Position numbers and translations under genes: made by a program. Source: Octopus vulgaris (taxonomy: Eukaryota). From it: a DNA stretch of 64,000 nucleotides. This document shows, piece by piece, positions 51,681 through 64,000 of the stretch; positions within the stretch are counted from its first letter, which is position 1; each line of letters opens with the position of its first letter. The stretch lies in contig OX597818.1 of the NCBI GenBank assembly GCA_951406725.2, forward strand, positions 93,992,001-94,056,000. The letters run 5' to 3'. The notes below the pieces were generated by a model. It saw nothing but the letters and a program-made list of their open reading frames with translations, did no database searches and had not been told where the DNA came from.

Positions 51681-51859
51681 GATTTTCTTGTTAGATATGT
51701 TGTATACGGTGTAGTGTTAATGTCGCGCATCAGGGTGGTGTAATGCAATGTAGGATAGTAGAAAGAAGTGTATTGCTATGTTGTGTAGAATAATGTTATC
51801 TTAAGTAACGAAGTATACTGTTGTGGAATATAGTGTAGTGAACATGTGTCGGTCGAATG

Positions 51860-51926
51860 CCGGAAGTTAAGTGGAGTTATGCACTCTCCAGTAACGGGAG
51901 AACAAAATATATATCTCCAACATGGC
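51860..51926 (+). promoter_or_regulatory. Putative core promoter of the STUB1-like gene (ETS and YY1-like motifs)
   Basis: CCGGAAGT at 51860-51867 and CAACATGGC at 51918-51926, 130-190 nt upstream of the ATG. Confidence 0.45.
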
Positions 51927-52053
51927 CATATACATTGTTGGAATAATGTGAAGTTTTTTTTCCTACCAACATTTCTTTGGTTTGTTATGTCTTATTAATC
52001 ACCTTTATCGACTTGAACAGAATTGCGCCTGCTTCTGTGTAAATAGTTGAAAG

Positions 52054-52143
52054 ATGACGGCTGTTGAACTAAAAGACCAAGGCAATCGGCTGTTTGCCAT
52101 GAAGAAATTCGAGGCTGCCATAAGCTGTTACACGAAAGCCATT
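52054..52143 (+). CDS. STUB1: First coding exon of STUB1/CHIP-like E3 ubiquitin ligase (TPR1); gene continues beyond the window
   Basis: MTAVELKDQGNRLFAMKKFEAAISCYTKAI|gtaagt closely matches CHIP TPR1 (ELKEQGNRLF...AACYGRAI), with a perfect donor. No further exon was recognised in the remaining 11.8 kb. Confidence 0.8.
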
Positions 52144-52542
52144 GTAAGTTGCTACAACATAGGAACACACATTCAACCACTCGCTTTATATTCTCTGCTG
52201 ATTTTCTTTCGACTTTCTCATTCTTTTCTCCGGTTATCATTTGCTTGTAGCTCTGTGAATGGCTATTGGGTGAATTATTATTAATTAATGACTCGTGGTA
52301 GGGATAATGGAGTGGTGTCTGTGTGTGTTTCAATCTGTTTATCTTCTAGATACGCTTCTCTGTGTTACTGAATGTATATCTTTGTGTGTGTGTATAGATA
52401 TATATATATATATGACATATGTGCATGTGGTAACTATTGACGTTCAAAAGAAAAAGAAAAACTTACACAAACATGTTACACGCATCTATCAATAACGCAT
52501 TGAACATTCCTGTTTTTCGTACAGACACAAAAACACAGATTG

Positions 52543-52588
<46 letters not shown>

Positions 52589-54409
52589 ATATTGGAGTAT
52601 GACAGTTTTCACTTTGGCAAACTAATTTTCAGCTTTACAAAGGAACGATACCAATATATAAATAATGTTGCTAACATAGAGACAAAGCTACAAATTTGGA
52701 GGCGGGGTTAATCGATGTCATCGACTCCAGTACATAACGGGTACTTTATCAATCCCGGAAAGATGAAAGGCAACAAAATTGACCCCAGTAGAATTTGAAC
52801 TCGGAACAAATACAGTAATGAATTTTTATTCCATGTTCTAATTATTTTGTTAATGCCCTAAATTTAATTTCAAAGAAGTTGAGATATTTTCACGTTTAAA
52901 TGAAATATTTTGCGACCAATTACACGATCAAACACAAGATATTCATATGATTGATCTTTCACTTTGTGTAAGCTTGAAAGGTTGTGAAAACCCCCGCAAT
53001 AGTCAAAGAAAATAAATTACTGATGGAAACTCCCTAAGGAAGGTGAGAACTTTCGTGAAAGTGAAAACGCTGTTATATATATCCTAAGATCGTCATATTT
53101 ATATATATACGTTTCTCTCTCTCTTTCTATGTAAGTATGTGTGTGTATTTGTGTGTAATATGTTTTAGAAGACGTGTGAACGAAGTATTTCTCATTTAGT
53201 TTAGTTAGAGCCTATGCGAAAGAAGTTGAGCAAAAGGAAGAATCCAGAACGTACAAGCTAAAAAGATGTGCGGTGGAGCACTTCATTTCCTCTGCAATTG
53301 ATAAACACAAATCTTGTCGTCCTTTTTTTCTTTCTTTTTCTCTTGCATTTGTTTATTTTCAGTGACAGAAGTCGTAGTAATAGTGGTTTTTGTAGTGATG
53401 GTGATGCTAGCCGTTTATGGACGCTTTGTTAAATGTTATTTATCAGGTTTCCATTAGCATCTTGGGGCTAAAACAACAAAGCCTATTGAAAGCAATTCTT
53501 TCATTGAATAACCACACCTCAGTATAACTACCTTACTTGTAATGATTTAGGTAAAAATGTCACGCTCCTAGTTAATGAGTTAGCTGTTAGTGTTTGTTTA
53601 TTTTTTGTATTTTATCTATGTGAATTCAGAAGTCTTATCAGTGACAAAATACATACACCCAAATGGGCAAGACAATGTTTCCTCTTCATATTTCTGATTA
53701 GTGATTAAAAAAATAAAAAAGAAAAAAAACAACTGCGGAATCTGTAATACCAGGACGATTTTAGATGGTTGTTATCTATTCAGCTGCGTTTCGGTTGCTA
53801 TCAGTCTCCAATTTCCGCAATAAAATACAAAATAACAGATTTAGTTCTAAACCTCTCAAACTGATGTACACAAACACACACACACAAATATATTTGGTTA
53901 ACCTTATGAGTTTTAAATTCTAAATCACAACAAACATTGCGTTGAACCCGGCACTTTACCGATCCTCTCTCACCTCTAAATCACAATTTTTTTTTCTTTA
54001 TCAATTTAGTCTTAGATACAGTTTGAATAAAAGACGGTGATTACGATTTCGATACCTATGATCACAAGTCTGTTGGATCAGGCTGATGTGAGATTGAACA
54101 ACTATAATCACCATAAAAACAAAACTTTGATTATTGAAATTATTAATTATCTTAATAAAATCAATGTCAATTTAGTGTTTTAATTTTCTTTTGTGCTGTA
54201 TCATTATCGTTAGAGCTCGAGGTCTTTGTGGTAATTTTTCTGTGAGTAAAACCAATACCAGTCTTAATTCAAAAGTTGATAATAATTATAGTAAATTTTG
54301 GCAAGTACACCCGCACGAGTTTCACTCAGGAAAAAAAAAAAAAAAAAACCTCGGATTTTTTGCGACTTCTCATAATTTATCATAATTATTGTTGTTGTTG
54401 TTATGATTA

Positions 54410-54615
54410 TTAAGGCAGAATTGTTGACACGCCGGGCAAAATGCCGAGCGTCATTTCGTCCACCTTTACGTTCTGAGTTCAAATTCCGCCGAGGTCGACT
54501 TTACCTTTCATCCTTTGGAAATCGATAAAATAGGTACCAATTGAGCACTGGAGTTGATATAATCGACTGTCCCCCTCCCCACAAATTATCATGTTTTGTA
54601 CTTATAGTAGAAAAG
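54410..54615 (+). mobile_element. SINE family B
   Basis: ttctgagttcaaattccgccgaggtcgacttt core. Confidence 0.8.
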
Positions 54616-55799
54616 ATTTTTTTTATTATTGTTGTTGTTAATATTAGAGCATCTAATAAATGCCTTATTAGTTAAATTTCTCTATATTTCAAGTTCAGAT
54701 TTCGCTAGAGTACACTTCGATTTTCATCATTTCCGCGGTCTTCGATAAAATTAGTACCAGTCTAGTTCAGGCCTATTTATAATCATCTGTTCCACTCCCC
54801 TTGTATTTCTGGATTTGTAGGTACGTTAGAAACCATTATTGTATCAATAACCGCTGTTGACTTCAAAATCTAAAACATTCATTCATTCATATATATATAT
54901 CCTCACTGTAGTTCACTTTCTCTGTCACTTTCGCTCTTCGTCGCTGTCCTTTTATTTCTTCCGCCTTCATCGCTCTGTACACCTAGTTCTCTCTTTCCAT
55001 TACGATTAAAATATGAATAATCGTCACCCCTCATTCATTCGTCATATCGCTCTCTCTCTCTCTTTCTTTCTTCCTTTCTCCATTCTCTTTTATCTTATCG
55101 TTTCTCATTCAGTTTCTCACTTTCATCATCTCTCTCCTTCTCTCATCGCCTTCTACCACCTAATTCTCACGAAACCTGTTTCTTTGATTATTTGCTAACT
55201 AAATCATTAGTTAATATTGTTATCTCTGTATTTTAGGAAAGGTATGAACTTCACAACTTATTTTCTCAAGTTGTTTTATTTATATATTTATTTCGTATCT
55301 TTGTAAACAAGATAAAAATGTAATAAAGTTGAACATTATTATCGCATTACTACTGTTGTTATTAAGAACGTGGTGTGGCAGAATGGTAGTGCCCAGTCTA
55401 AAAATCTTAACATGTTTAGTGACAACTGGCGTGGGAGCTTCTTTAAGGTTGTTCGAACTACTAAAAATAGCAGTCAAATTTTCCTTAACATATATACTCT
55501 AGCTCTGGTTTCCAATTGGATGTGGCGACACCTTAAGGTATTGTAGACAGTAGGTAGTAGGATGTCACGAGCTATCCTCAGAAACTTGTATTTTGTTTAC
55601 TGAAGCAAAACAAAGGTATTGTGAGCCTTAGGATATTGTGTGATAAGGTCACAGAAACGTTGAAAACCACTGGCCTGCAGTCTTAAAAAAAGAAAAATAG
55701 AAGCACTTGTTGAACGATGTAATCCTAAATATGCAAAAAAAAAAAAAAAATAAGATGGTCATGGCTGGGACGTCTTTGATTATAGGTCTACTCAATTCA

Positions 55800-56650
55800 A
55801 TAATGCCAACTCTGTCCAACAGCTCACATTTTTATGCAAATGATGCTACTCTTCCTTCTTTCCTTCAAACGTTGCATCTGCATGATGTAACTTAGACACC
55901 ACATGTCGAACTAGGCCTAATTTCATGAACAGACACTTCTAAAGCATCTTCCAATTAGGACATTCCAATCTCCTCTCTTTCAACAGCAAAACGACACAAG
56001 CACTCCTCATATCAAGGATACCTCATGGCAATTCTTCTTCCCTTAAGCATGAGCAGCATGCAACTAAATCCCTCATGAGTGATCCAGATATTATACCTTA
56101 CTTAAAGCTGTGGGGACCCTTCCTTGCAAAAGTACATCTTTCAAATGGCTTGGATCATATTTCAAACCCTGTCTCTGAAGAGAAAGACCACAAAATGCTT
56201 TATTTCTTAGTAAGTACTGACACTCTTAGATGAAGCCTACAATGGAGTATTGTTCCCACATCTGGGGTACTGCTGCAGTCACATCCAGAGAAAGTTCTCT
56301 TCACTGATTGATATAAAATCACCCACCGATATGCTCCAGTTTGTAGTCTGCAATTGTGCCATCTCTTCTTTTTGCCTTTTGTACCACTTCTATAATAACT
56401 ACAGCTCCTTGGTGCTTGCTAGTCTCATACCACTACCACACAAACATTTCTGACTCACATGCCCCTCCTGTCCATTTCATCACCCATTTTGTCTACCCTC
56501 CCTTTTGCCAGGCCCCATGCACTAACCCATAATGTCTAGTCTTTTCTCTTCAGTACATTGATTCTTTTGCAGTTCTGTCCTTGTGTTTTTACTGCAAGTG
56601 TCAACTTGCAACAGTTTAAGTGTAATGTTAATATCATCATCCTCACTGAG
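55800..56650 (+). mobile_element. Decayed CR1/Jockey-like LINE 3' fragment
   Basis: SHFYANDATL (YADD-like), NSKTTQALLIS, HLGYCCSHI (compare LEYCS.W). Confidence 0.6.
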
Positions 56651-57768
56651 CCCTGTGGGCTTGCAAAGGCTTTAGGCATTGCTCCTTCTTCCAGACCCTG
56701 CGAGTTTACACACACACACACACACACACACAAAATTAGTGTTGACCTGGTGTTACACAACATCACCTTATTACATTTTGGTTTCAGTCTAGGGGTTGGT
56801 GATAGTTGAAATTCTGATAAAGCCATTCAGTGACTTTATGGTATTTATATTGCACCATCCAGTGTGTTAGGCCTACCGCTTGTAAAAATGAAAAAGGTAA
56901 AAGGAATTCTAGGGAATGAGGTTGAAGTGACTAATAAAACTCATATTTTGCTTAGGAAGTAATGTGAATTTTGTTAGCAAACTTTTTTATAAAAGTTGGG
57001 TGGCAGTGACATAGTTTTACAAGCCTTATGCATTTCATTGTGAGGGCTGTGAAGCTTTTGTAGTATTGTGAATCTTCCTAAGTCAGTCATCTCATTTTTG
57101 AGGTTCCTGCATAATTGTATACTTTGTGTGTGTGTGTATAAACAAAGTTAGGAAATTTGAGACTTGAATATATATTTATTTAACCATGTGATTTCCATAG
57201 GGTTACAACTATTTCACAACCTTCTTCAGGTAGTATTAATTTCAGTATGCCAGAAATTATGTGTATATGTTTGCATTAATATATATGCTTGCTCAGCATT
57301 ATACAACACAATTGTATATACACACATTAATACAAATAAATTTAACTCATCAGATCACTGGAACATCATAGTTACATCAACTCTTTATACATTTTTATAT
57401 GTGTTTTATTTTTTAAATTGTTTTTGTTTTAATTAGTTGAAATGAAGTGGGACAATATTCATAATCTCAGCAGACTCCTCCAAAATGGTGGGATTGATGT
57501 GGTTGATATTTGCTTTGAACATCTATAGGTTGTTTGTAAGAAAATGAGTGAGTAAACCAGAGGATTATAGTTTTGGGGAAAAGGAATGGATCTTAGAGGT
57601 GAAACACATAAGAGGTAACAAGAGGAGAGTTGGGTAAGTTTGAGTGGAGGAGGTATACAACTAATTAGTTCAGAGGAGTAAGAGCTATTATTGTAGTAAA
57701 AGTGGAATAAAGAAATGTTGTAAGATAGTTGCTGGAGCTGTTTGTCAGTCAGCTGTATGACCTCTTAA

Positions 57769-57987
57769 GGCGGTGAGCTGGCAGAAACGTTAGCACGCCG
57801 GGTGAAATACTTAGCAGTATTTCGTCTGCTGCTACGTTCCGAGTTCAAATTCCGCCGAGGTCGACTTTGCCTTTCATCCTTTCGGGGTCGATTAAATAAG
57901 TACCAGTTATGCACTGGGGTTGATATAATCGACTTAATCTGTTTGTCTGTTCTCTGTGTTTGGCCCCTTGTGGGTAGTAAAGAAATA
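57769..57987 (+). mobile_element. SINE family B
   Basis: ggcggtgagctggcagaaacgttagcacgccggg... Confidence 0.9.
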
Positions 57988-60134
57988 TGTATGACCTTCT
58001 CTTGGCCATGGTCAAGGATGTTTTGTGCACTGGCTTGTGAGCACTACTCTAATGCAGGTCGTATTCAACCCTTTTGTAAATGTATTTATGTTGAAATACA
58101 CTGCTTTTGTTTGAATTAGTTTTGAGAGTAATGAAGAATCTAGTGAAATTACTTTGGCCATTGTTAACTTAGTGTTCAGATCATGAAATTTTCATAAAAG
58201 GTTTGAATTTTGATCTTTTTAAAACATGAAGTTTGTATGATTAAATGAAGAGTGGTCGTAAGCAGATTGGTATGAAATGTGTTAAATTTTTTAGTAAATC
58301 AGCAACTGGTTAAAGCTGAATTATATTCTGGCTCTGGAGATACATTCTGGAAATGTTATATATGTTGAATTGCTATGAAAGATCATCAGATATTGTAAGC
58401 CTTAGCATTTGTTGTAGCCTTGAATGTATTAGTTCTGTGCCATTTGTGTTGAAAGGGTGAAGGGCATGACTGTTTACTTGATAAATGTAATGATTGTGAC
58501 TCTGAGCTGCTGAATGAGACTAGGTTATGTTCCATTGAGAATGTTTTTGAGAAATCTGTTCAAGGAAGCTATGCATGTATATGATACTTATCAGTGGTAG
58601 ATTTATATGGAGTAAAAGCTAATATCATCTGTATAGGAGTGTTTGGTTAGAAGTGACAGCAATAAGGTAATTTATGTGTGGAGTGGAATAGTGTGAAAGA
58701 CATGACACTTTGAGGTACACCAGTTGATGAAGTGAAGGTTGGAAAGAATCTGGTGTGTGTGTTGATATTGTCTGTTTGTTGTAAACAAGTCACCATCATA
58801 CAAACAGTGTCCTTCATTTCCAAATTTCCATGACAACATGTCTGACCATGGACCATGGGAAAATATTACCTTGCTTGGAAATAGGTGAAGATTGGTGTCA
58901 CAAAGAACATGTGGTTGTAGAAAATCTGCCTCAACAAGTTCCATCTGACCCATGCAACACAGAAAAATAGATGTTAAAATGATGACAAAATATATCTGAG
59001 TGCAATAGGTGCATTTTTTGAGCCACCTAGAGGTGTCATGTCCTTGATATGACTAAAGTTTCCTCACAACCTCACTCTTAAGAGTGCATTGGGTGCAGTT
59101 TTATTGACACTAGGGAGGTAGCCTTGTCCTTGATATGACTGAAGGGACCTTGCAACTACATATATCTCTACTTGAAAACCTCTTTACAGAAGGAGAAGCA
59201 TGATGATAGTGATAGAGAGAGAAGTGATTAGTATGTCAATATTCTGAATATTACTGAGATGGCAAAAAAGGGACCATAGTCCATGTAACATAGAAGGTTG
59301 AGTGATGATAAAGGCTCAAGACGTGTGAAAGGAAAAAAAAACAGGAGTAAGCTGGCAGACAGATTGACATAATGTGATGAGGACAGGCCAATAAAGGCAG
59401 TGGGTGGGTTCAGGTGAGAGGTATCTATACATAGGTTATGAGGTGGGTTAGAAGGGTTGGTTGAAGAGGATGGTGGCATGGTGAATGCAAAGTATGTGGG
59501 TTCTGTACTAGAGGGTGGCACAAAGAAGTAATGGGGAGGATCAGAATAGGTGCAGTAGCATCATTAATTACACTGACTGGAAGCAATGTATGGTGAGCAA
59601 AAGAGACCCACTGCCATCCTCAGCCACATTGGCAGTATAAGACATTGAGGGTTGAGAATGGGAGGGAGTAATTGAGAGATAAGCAATAAGTATGAGTGAA
59701 AGAATGCAATATATGGCAAATAGAAGACAGCCCACTGCTGTTTGTAGTCACAGTGTGGTGCAAATTGATAAGAGGAGGGAGCAATTCAAAGATGAGTAGT
59801 AGGAAGCAAGAGAGATAAAGGTATAGATGAAAGGACATGAGTGATAGTCATAAGGGCAATAGATGAGTCAGTGATTGGGATGTGTGATGGAAGGAATGAA
59901 AGATAAGGGGTGGGGGTTTGGGTATGAGAGGAGTGAAAGGCTGGCAAAATGAGGTCAATGGGGAGGAAGTTATCAGTGTTTGTAATTACACACACACACA
60001 CGTGTGTGTGTGTGTTTCTTCCCTTCTTTCCTGAGCGTCCAATAATACTTTATTTGTTCCACGTCCTTGCGTTGTTGTGTTTTTTTTGTTTACTTGTTTG
60101 GATTAACTTTATATATATATATATATATATGGAT

Positions 60135-60366
60135 GTGTGTGTGTGTAATTTCAAACATGATAATCGGTGGACCTGCACAGTTGGCGAGTGCTACCTGCGA
60201 GAGCGGAAACAACCACTCGGAAGGCCTCCACGATGGTGGAGTTAAGATTTTAGGAGGGCGATTGGGACCACATGGATGAGGAAGGCACGATCCAGAGAGG
60301 AGTGGACAGTGTACTGTGACCAGCGGTGTCAAATGGACGCCTGATAGACTGGTCGGTCAAGGTGAT
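60135..60366 (+). mobile_element. 3' end of a second RTE-type LINE family
   Basis: DNRWT..V.E...RERKQPLGRPPRW, typical of the RTE C-terminus; flanked by TG/TA repeats. Confidence 0.7.
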
Positions 60367-60642
60367 ATATATTAGGTAATATTATGTCTGATAACATAAA
60401 ATAATAGGTACAAAGAATTTGTGCTCAGGTTGATTTCCTGTCTAAATTCCAATTTCAACTGCAATTGACAATGCAGAGATGTTATGGTTATCTAAATGAG
60501 GATTGACTATAAACAGTGTTTCAGCTGAGTTGCTACAGTGATTTAAACTCCTGAAACATTCTTCTCTAAATTCAAGTTGCATAAATATATAAATGTCACT
60601 ATCTGACCAGATAACAATTGTTTGTCCGGCTATACTTCTATT

Positions 60643-60872
60643 AGGCGGCGAGCTGGCAGAAACGTTAGCACGCCAGGCGAAATGCTTAGTGGTATTTCGT
60701 CTGCCTCTATGTTCTGAGTTCCAATTCTGCCGAGGTCAACTTTGCCATTCATCCTTTTGGGGTCGATAAATAAAGTACCGGTTTTGCACTGGGGTCGGTG
60801 TAATCGACTTAATCCCTTTGTCTGTCCTTGTTTGTCCCCTCTATATTTAGCCCCTTGTGGGCAATAAAGAAA
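60643..60872 (+). mobile_element. SINE family B
   Basis: ggcggcgagctggcagaaacgttagc...gcaataaagaaata. Confidence 0.9.
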
Positions 60873-62249
60873 TATATACTTTTATTCTGTTGCATACACA
60901 CACACACACACAACAATTTTAACTTCCATTTTGCTATGCCTGGATGGGCAAGTGGGTCTTCTCCCACACACTATGCTGCCAATCAGCATGGTCCTCTGTC
61001 ATCTCCCTTCATCACGTATAACATCTTCTGCCTGCATCACTTTGCCTCAAGTCTTCCTCTTCTCCCTCTTTTATAAGTTTCATTTACTTTGAATACATAG
61101 GACTGCATGTTTTCAGATATATGAAACTGTGTCAGGGTTGTACTAAAAATTATGGTTCTATCCATAGCTTGTTATCTTCTCTCAGTTCGTGTGTTTTATC
61201 TGTTGGTGCTGACATACAGTCTTTCTAAAGTTTTGATTTTTAATCTGTGTGTGTGTGTGTTAGAGAGAGAGAGAAGACTGAGTAGCAGTTTAGTGAAGTA
61301 TCAGCTTTGACTGAATGTGTATGCATAAATCGGTCACTTAGATCATTGCCAAAATGGTATGTGACAAGTTAATGGGGAAGCTTCACCATGTTTGCCTGGC
61401 TTACTAGAAGTAGCAGTTAACTTTGTAAATCATAACTAACCATCTTAAGAAAAGAAGGACACTTGGGATAATGTAGTCCTAACTACACTATATCTGAATA
61501 AAAGACAAGATTGTTGTGGTCAGAATGTCTTTGATCATATAACTTCTCCATCAAGAATGACTTGGAGTTAAACAGCAGTTTTATATACACTTCCATACAG
61601 AAGTTTTGTTTACTATGTATGAGGGTTATGTCATTTAACTCATATATTACACATGTAAGCCCCTATTAATGTGGTTCCCAGCCTTTATTATTTCCAAGGA
61701 CCTGTTTTATTTCAGTCAATTTTTCAACAGATCCCAGGGTTTTGAAAGGTCTTTCATATTAAGAAACTTTGAACAGACCCCTGATACTTTCTTTGTTGAC
61801 AACCAGGGGTTTGTAGACCCTTGTCAGGAATGACTGCCCTATACATACATAGACACATAGAAAAAAATTGACAGAAAGAATAAAGTGAAATTGTCTGGCC
61901 AACCTGTCGTCATCCACTTTAGCACAACAGGTCATTCCATCATTTATCTGTTGTAGCATCTCTGCATACCATGGAGCCACATAATCACGGAAACAGAAGA
62001 TACAATGTCACTGACAGGTTTAAATTAATCTTTTTCCTGCTACTCCTACGTCTTCACTTAGTTCAGTATTTCCTGTCTTATCCTTCAAATCTCCTCTCAT
62101 CTCAGTTTTTCCCTTCACCTCACCCTTGCATTTGTCCACTTCTCCTCATTTTCATTTCTCTTCCATTCTACCTCTGTCTCCAAGTTTCTCCTACTACTTC
62201 CTGTCTATCTTAATCACACAGCCATGCCTTTGGTTTTGTATGCATGCAT

Positions 62250-62704
62250 GACTGGTGTCTGTGCTAGTGGAGCACTAAGAGCACTATCCGAGTGTGATCG
62301 TTGCCAGAGTTGCTAACTGGCTTCTATGCTGGTGGCATGTAAAATGCAACATTTGAGCATGATCGTTACCAGTATCACCTTACTGGCACTTGTGCTGGTG
62401 GCACATGAAAAACATTCGAGCGAGGTCGTTGCCAGTGCTGCTGGACTGGTTCCTGTGCAGGTGGCACGTAAAAAACACCATTTGAGCATGGCCATTGCCA
62501 GTACTGCCTGACTGGCCCCCATGCCAGTGGCACATAAAAACACCCACTACACTTTCAGAGTGGTTGGCGTTAGGAAGGGCATCCAGCTGTAGAAACTCTG
62601 CCAGATGAGATTAGAGCCTGGTGCAGCCATCTGGTTCGTTAGTCCTCAGTCAAATCGTCCAACACATGCTAACATGGAAAGTGGACGTTAAACGATGATG
62701 ATGA
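62250..62704 (+). mobile_element. RTE 3' UTR fragment with about five ~62-bp hairpin subrepeats and (GAT)n tail
   Basis: Repeated gtgc(c/t)ggtggcac units followed by ggttggcgttaggaagggcatccagctgtagaaac. Confidence 0.85.
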
Positions 62705-63627
62705 TGTGTGTGCGTGTCTTTTGAATTACTTGGTAACTTTGTTGGGTCTTGGTGCCATGTAAAAAGCATCCAGTTCACACTGTAAAGTGGTTGACATTTG
62801 GAAAGAAGTCCAGCTGTAAAAACTGTAAAAAGTATCCTGACCACTTTGTAAAGTGGTTGGCATTAGGAAGGGCATTGAACTATAAAATCATGCCAAAACA
62901 GAGAGTGAAGCTTGGTGAGTCTTCTGGCTTGCCAGCACCTTTCAAATTGTCCAACCCATGCCAGCATGAAAAAACGGGCATTAAATGATGATGATGATGT
63001 GTGTGTGTGTGTACAATGGGCATGGTAGTATGTTTGCTGTTGAAGTACTTGGTTTCAGATTGTCCCATTACACGGTGCCTTTGGGCAAGTGTCTTTCACC
63101 ATTGTCCTGAGCTGATCAATGTCTTGAGAGTGAATTTGTTGTGTGTGTATATTCATATATGCACAAGTATTCATGTTTCACAGTCTTACTAGTCACTAGT
63201 TGAGCAAAGTAGTGGTATGATGTTTACATTCCTTGTTGACATTATAGCCAGTCCCTCTGCACTTTTGAAGATTTATGGAATAAAACAAGTAATAGTTAGC
63301 AGCAGAGAGAGCATCTGACCATAAAATTCTGTCTCAAATAAGTCCTTGTCCAACGTATGCTGGCATGGAAAAATTGGTGTTAAATGAACAAATGATACAC
63401 ACAATGTACTTGATATTCAATCCAATAAAGGTGTCCCTATCTGATCTTTTGACATGCTAAATAGCTGCTGAATTTCCAGCTAATCACAACTTAGTGTCTT
63501 GGAAAGAGAAGGGCACAATGGATAGTGTGTTCCTTGATACACTGTCTGGACAGAAGACCAGATAATCACAGCTGGAATATCTGTAACTGCAAAATTAAAT
63601 TTCATGGTTATTCCACAAATATTAAAT

Positions 63628-64000
63628 ATCTCTTTTACTTGTTTCAGTCATTTGACTGTGACCATGCTGGAGCACCGCAGTTAGTTGAGCAAATCGTCCC
63701 CAGGACTTATTCTTTGTAAGCCTAGTACTTATTCTATCGGTCTCTTTTGCCAAATTGCTAAGTTACTGGGACGTAAACACACCAGCATCGGTTGTCAAGT
63801 AATGTTGGGGGGACAAACACACACACACACATATACGACAGGCTTCTTTCAGTTTCTGTCTACCAAATCCACTCACAAAGCTTTGGGCGGTCCAAGGCTA
63901 TAGTAGAAGATACTTGCCCAAGGTGCCACGCAGTGGGACTGAACCGGAACCATGTGGTTCGGAAGCAAGCTACTTACCACACAACCACTCCTACACCTGC
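63628..64000 (-). mobile_element. SINE family A
   Basis: Near-full-length copy similar to 5496-5867. Confidence 0.9.

Overview
AT-rich, microsatellite-dense eukaryotic DNA, not a prokaryotic window. The SINE/RTE/mariner repertoire most resembles an Octopus genome (inference, no search run). Three host genes lie on the + strand. (1) A complete 13-exon NFS1 mitochondrial cysteine desulfurase (CDS 230-27082; exons sum to 1359 nt = 452 aa + stop), whose intron 8 appears to need a non-canonical GC donor. (2) An intronless 251-aa ORF with signal peptide, death-fold-like domain and transmembrane helix, resembling TMDD1 (42328-43083). (3) The first coding exon of a STUB1/CHIP-like TPR gene (52054-52143). 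The rest is mobile DNA: RTE LINEs carrying a PHD-type finger inside the RT ORF, several tRNA-headed SINE families, mariner remnants including a two-headed foldback, Helentron/HINE-like elements, a TIR element with an 8-bp TSD carrying TTAGGG repeats, a decayed and inverted Penelope-like element, and a solo Tx1/L1-like ORF1. The most unusual signals are the apparently extracellular death domain, a recurring class of sequence-unrelated near-perfect hairpin inserts bounded by (TA)n, and inverted repeats bracketing the catalytic NFS1 exon. Most entries in the supplied ORF track are repeat artefacts.
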